DNA of 64,000 nt, from NCBI GenBank assembly GCA_963796275.1, contig CAWCKY010000002.1, positions 576,001-640,000 of the forward strand. The letters run 5' to 3'. Shown one piece after another: positions 63,845-64,000 of the stretch. This DNA comes from an uncultured Acidobacteriota bacterium (lineage in GTDB: Bacteria > Acidobacteriota > Blastocatellia > RBC074). The notes beneath the pieces were generated by a model. That model ran no database searches. It worked only from the letters and a program-made list of their open reading frames with translations, and was not told where the DNA came from. The stretch's first letter is position 1. Each line of letters begins with the position of its first letter. The translations under genes and the position numbers were made by a program.

Positions 63845-64000
63845 ATGAAGTATCTCACAAAATCTTTTGGTCTCTACTTTTTGATGAGCGCGGCTGTTCT
63901 GCTTGGACAGTTCGGCTGTTCTTCATCGACGGAGACTGCGAGCACACAACCGACGCCTTCGCCGACGATCGACCCTGCCACCACTATGCAATCGGCATCC
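63845..64000 (+). CDS. Putative lipoprotein, truncated by the window end
   Basis: AAGGAG RBS; MKYLTKSFGLYFLMSAAVLLGQFGC then a Ser/Thr/Pro-rich linker. Confidence 0.6.
   Translation, partial: MKYLTKSFGLYFLMSAAVLLGQFGCSSSTETASTQPTPSPTIDPATTMQSAS

Overview
64 kb of gene-dense bacterial chromosome. The gene content suggests Acidobacteriota, possibly Blastocatellia-like; this is an inference from five carboxypeptidase-regulatory-domain TonB-dependent receptors, an ECF sigma/Ser-Thr kinase pair and a DUF1549/DUF1553-DUF1501 pair. I recognised no rRNA, tRNA, CRISPR array, integrase or transposase. The most interesting locus is an isoprenoid cluster at about 33.5-44.1 kb. It has six co-oriented genes: a GcvH-like lipoyl carrier, a 2x[4Fe-4S] ferredoxin-domain protein, a putative B12-binding radical SAM enzyme resembling archaeal GDGT ring synthases (GrsA/B), a squalene-hopene-cyclase-like class II cyclase, a DUF116-polyprenyl synthase fusion and a prenyltransferase-beta-like protein. 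A CobW/COG0523 GTPase and a DegT-type aminotransferase lie next to them. Four genes each carry a single +1 frameshift, and all four sit in or within 5 nt of the same hexamer, GGATCT (an RGATCY site). This points to motif-specific sequencing errors, possibly caused by a host DNA modification. Other observations: an ECF + kinase/pseudo-cyclase/STAND + DUF4242 signalling module, a DsbA gene coupled to a 16-Cys secreted protein, an exported kinase-like/Tat-phosphatase pair, a tandem TonB-receptor duplication, a probable CTG/ATT start codon, and many short local tandem duplications. All family calls come from motif recognition by eye; no database searches were run.
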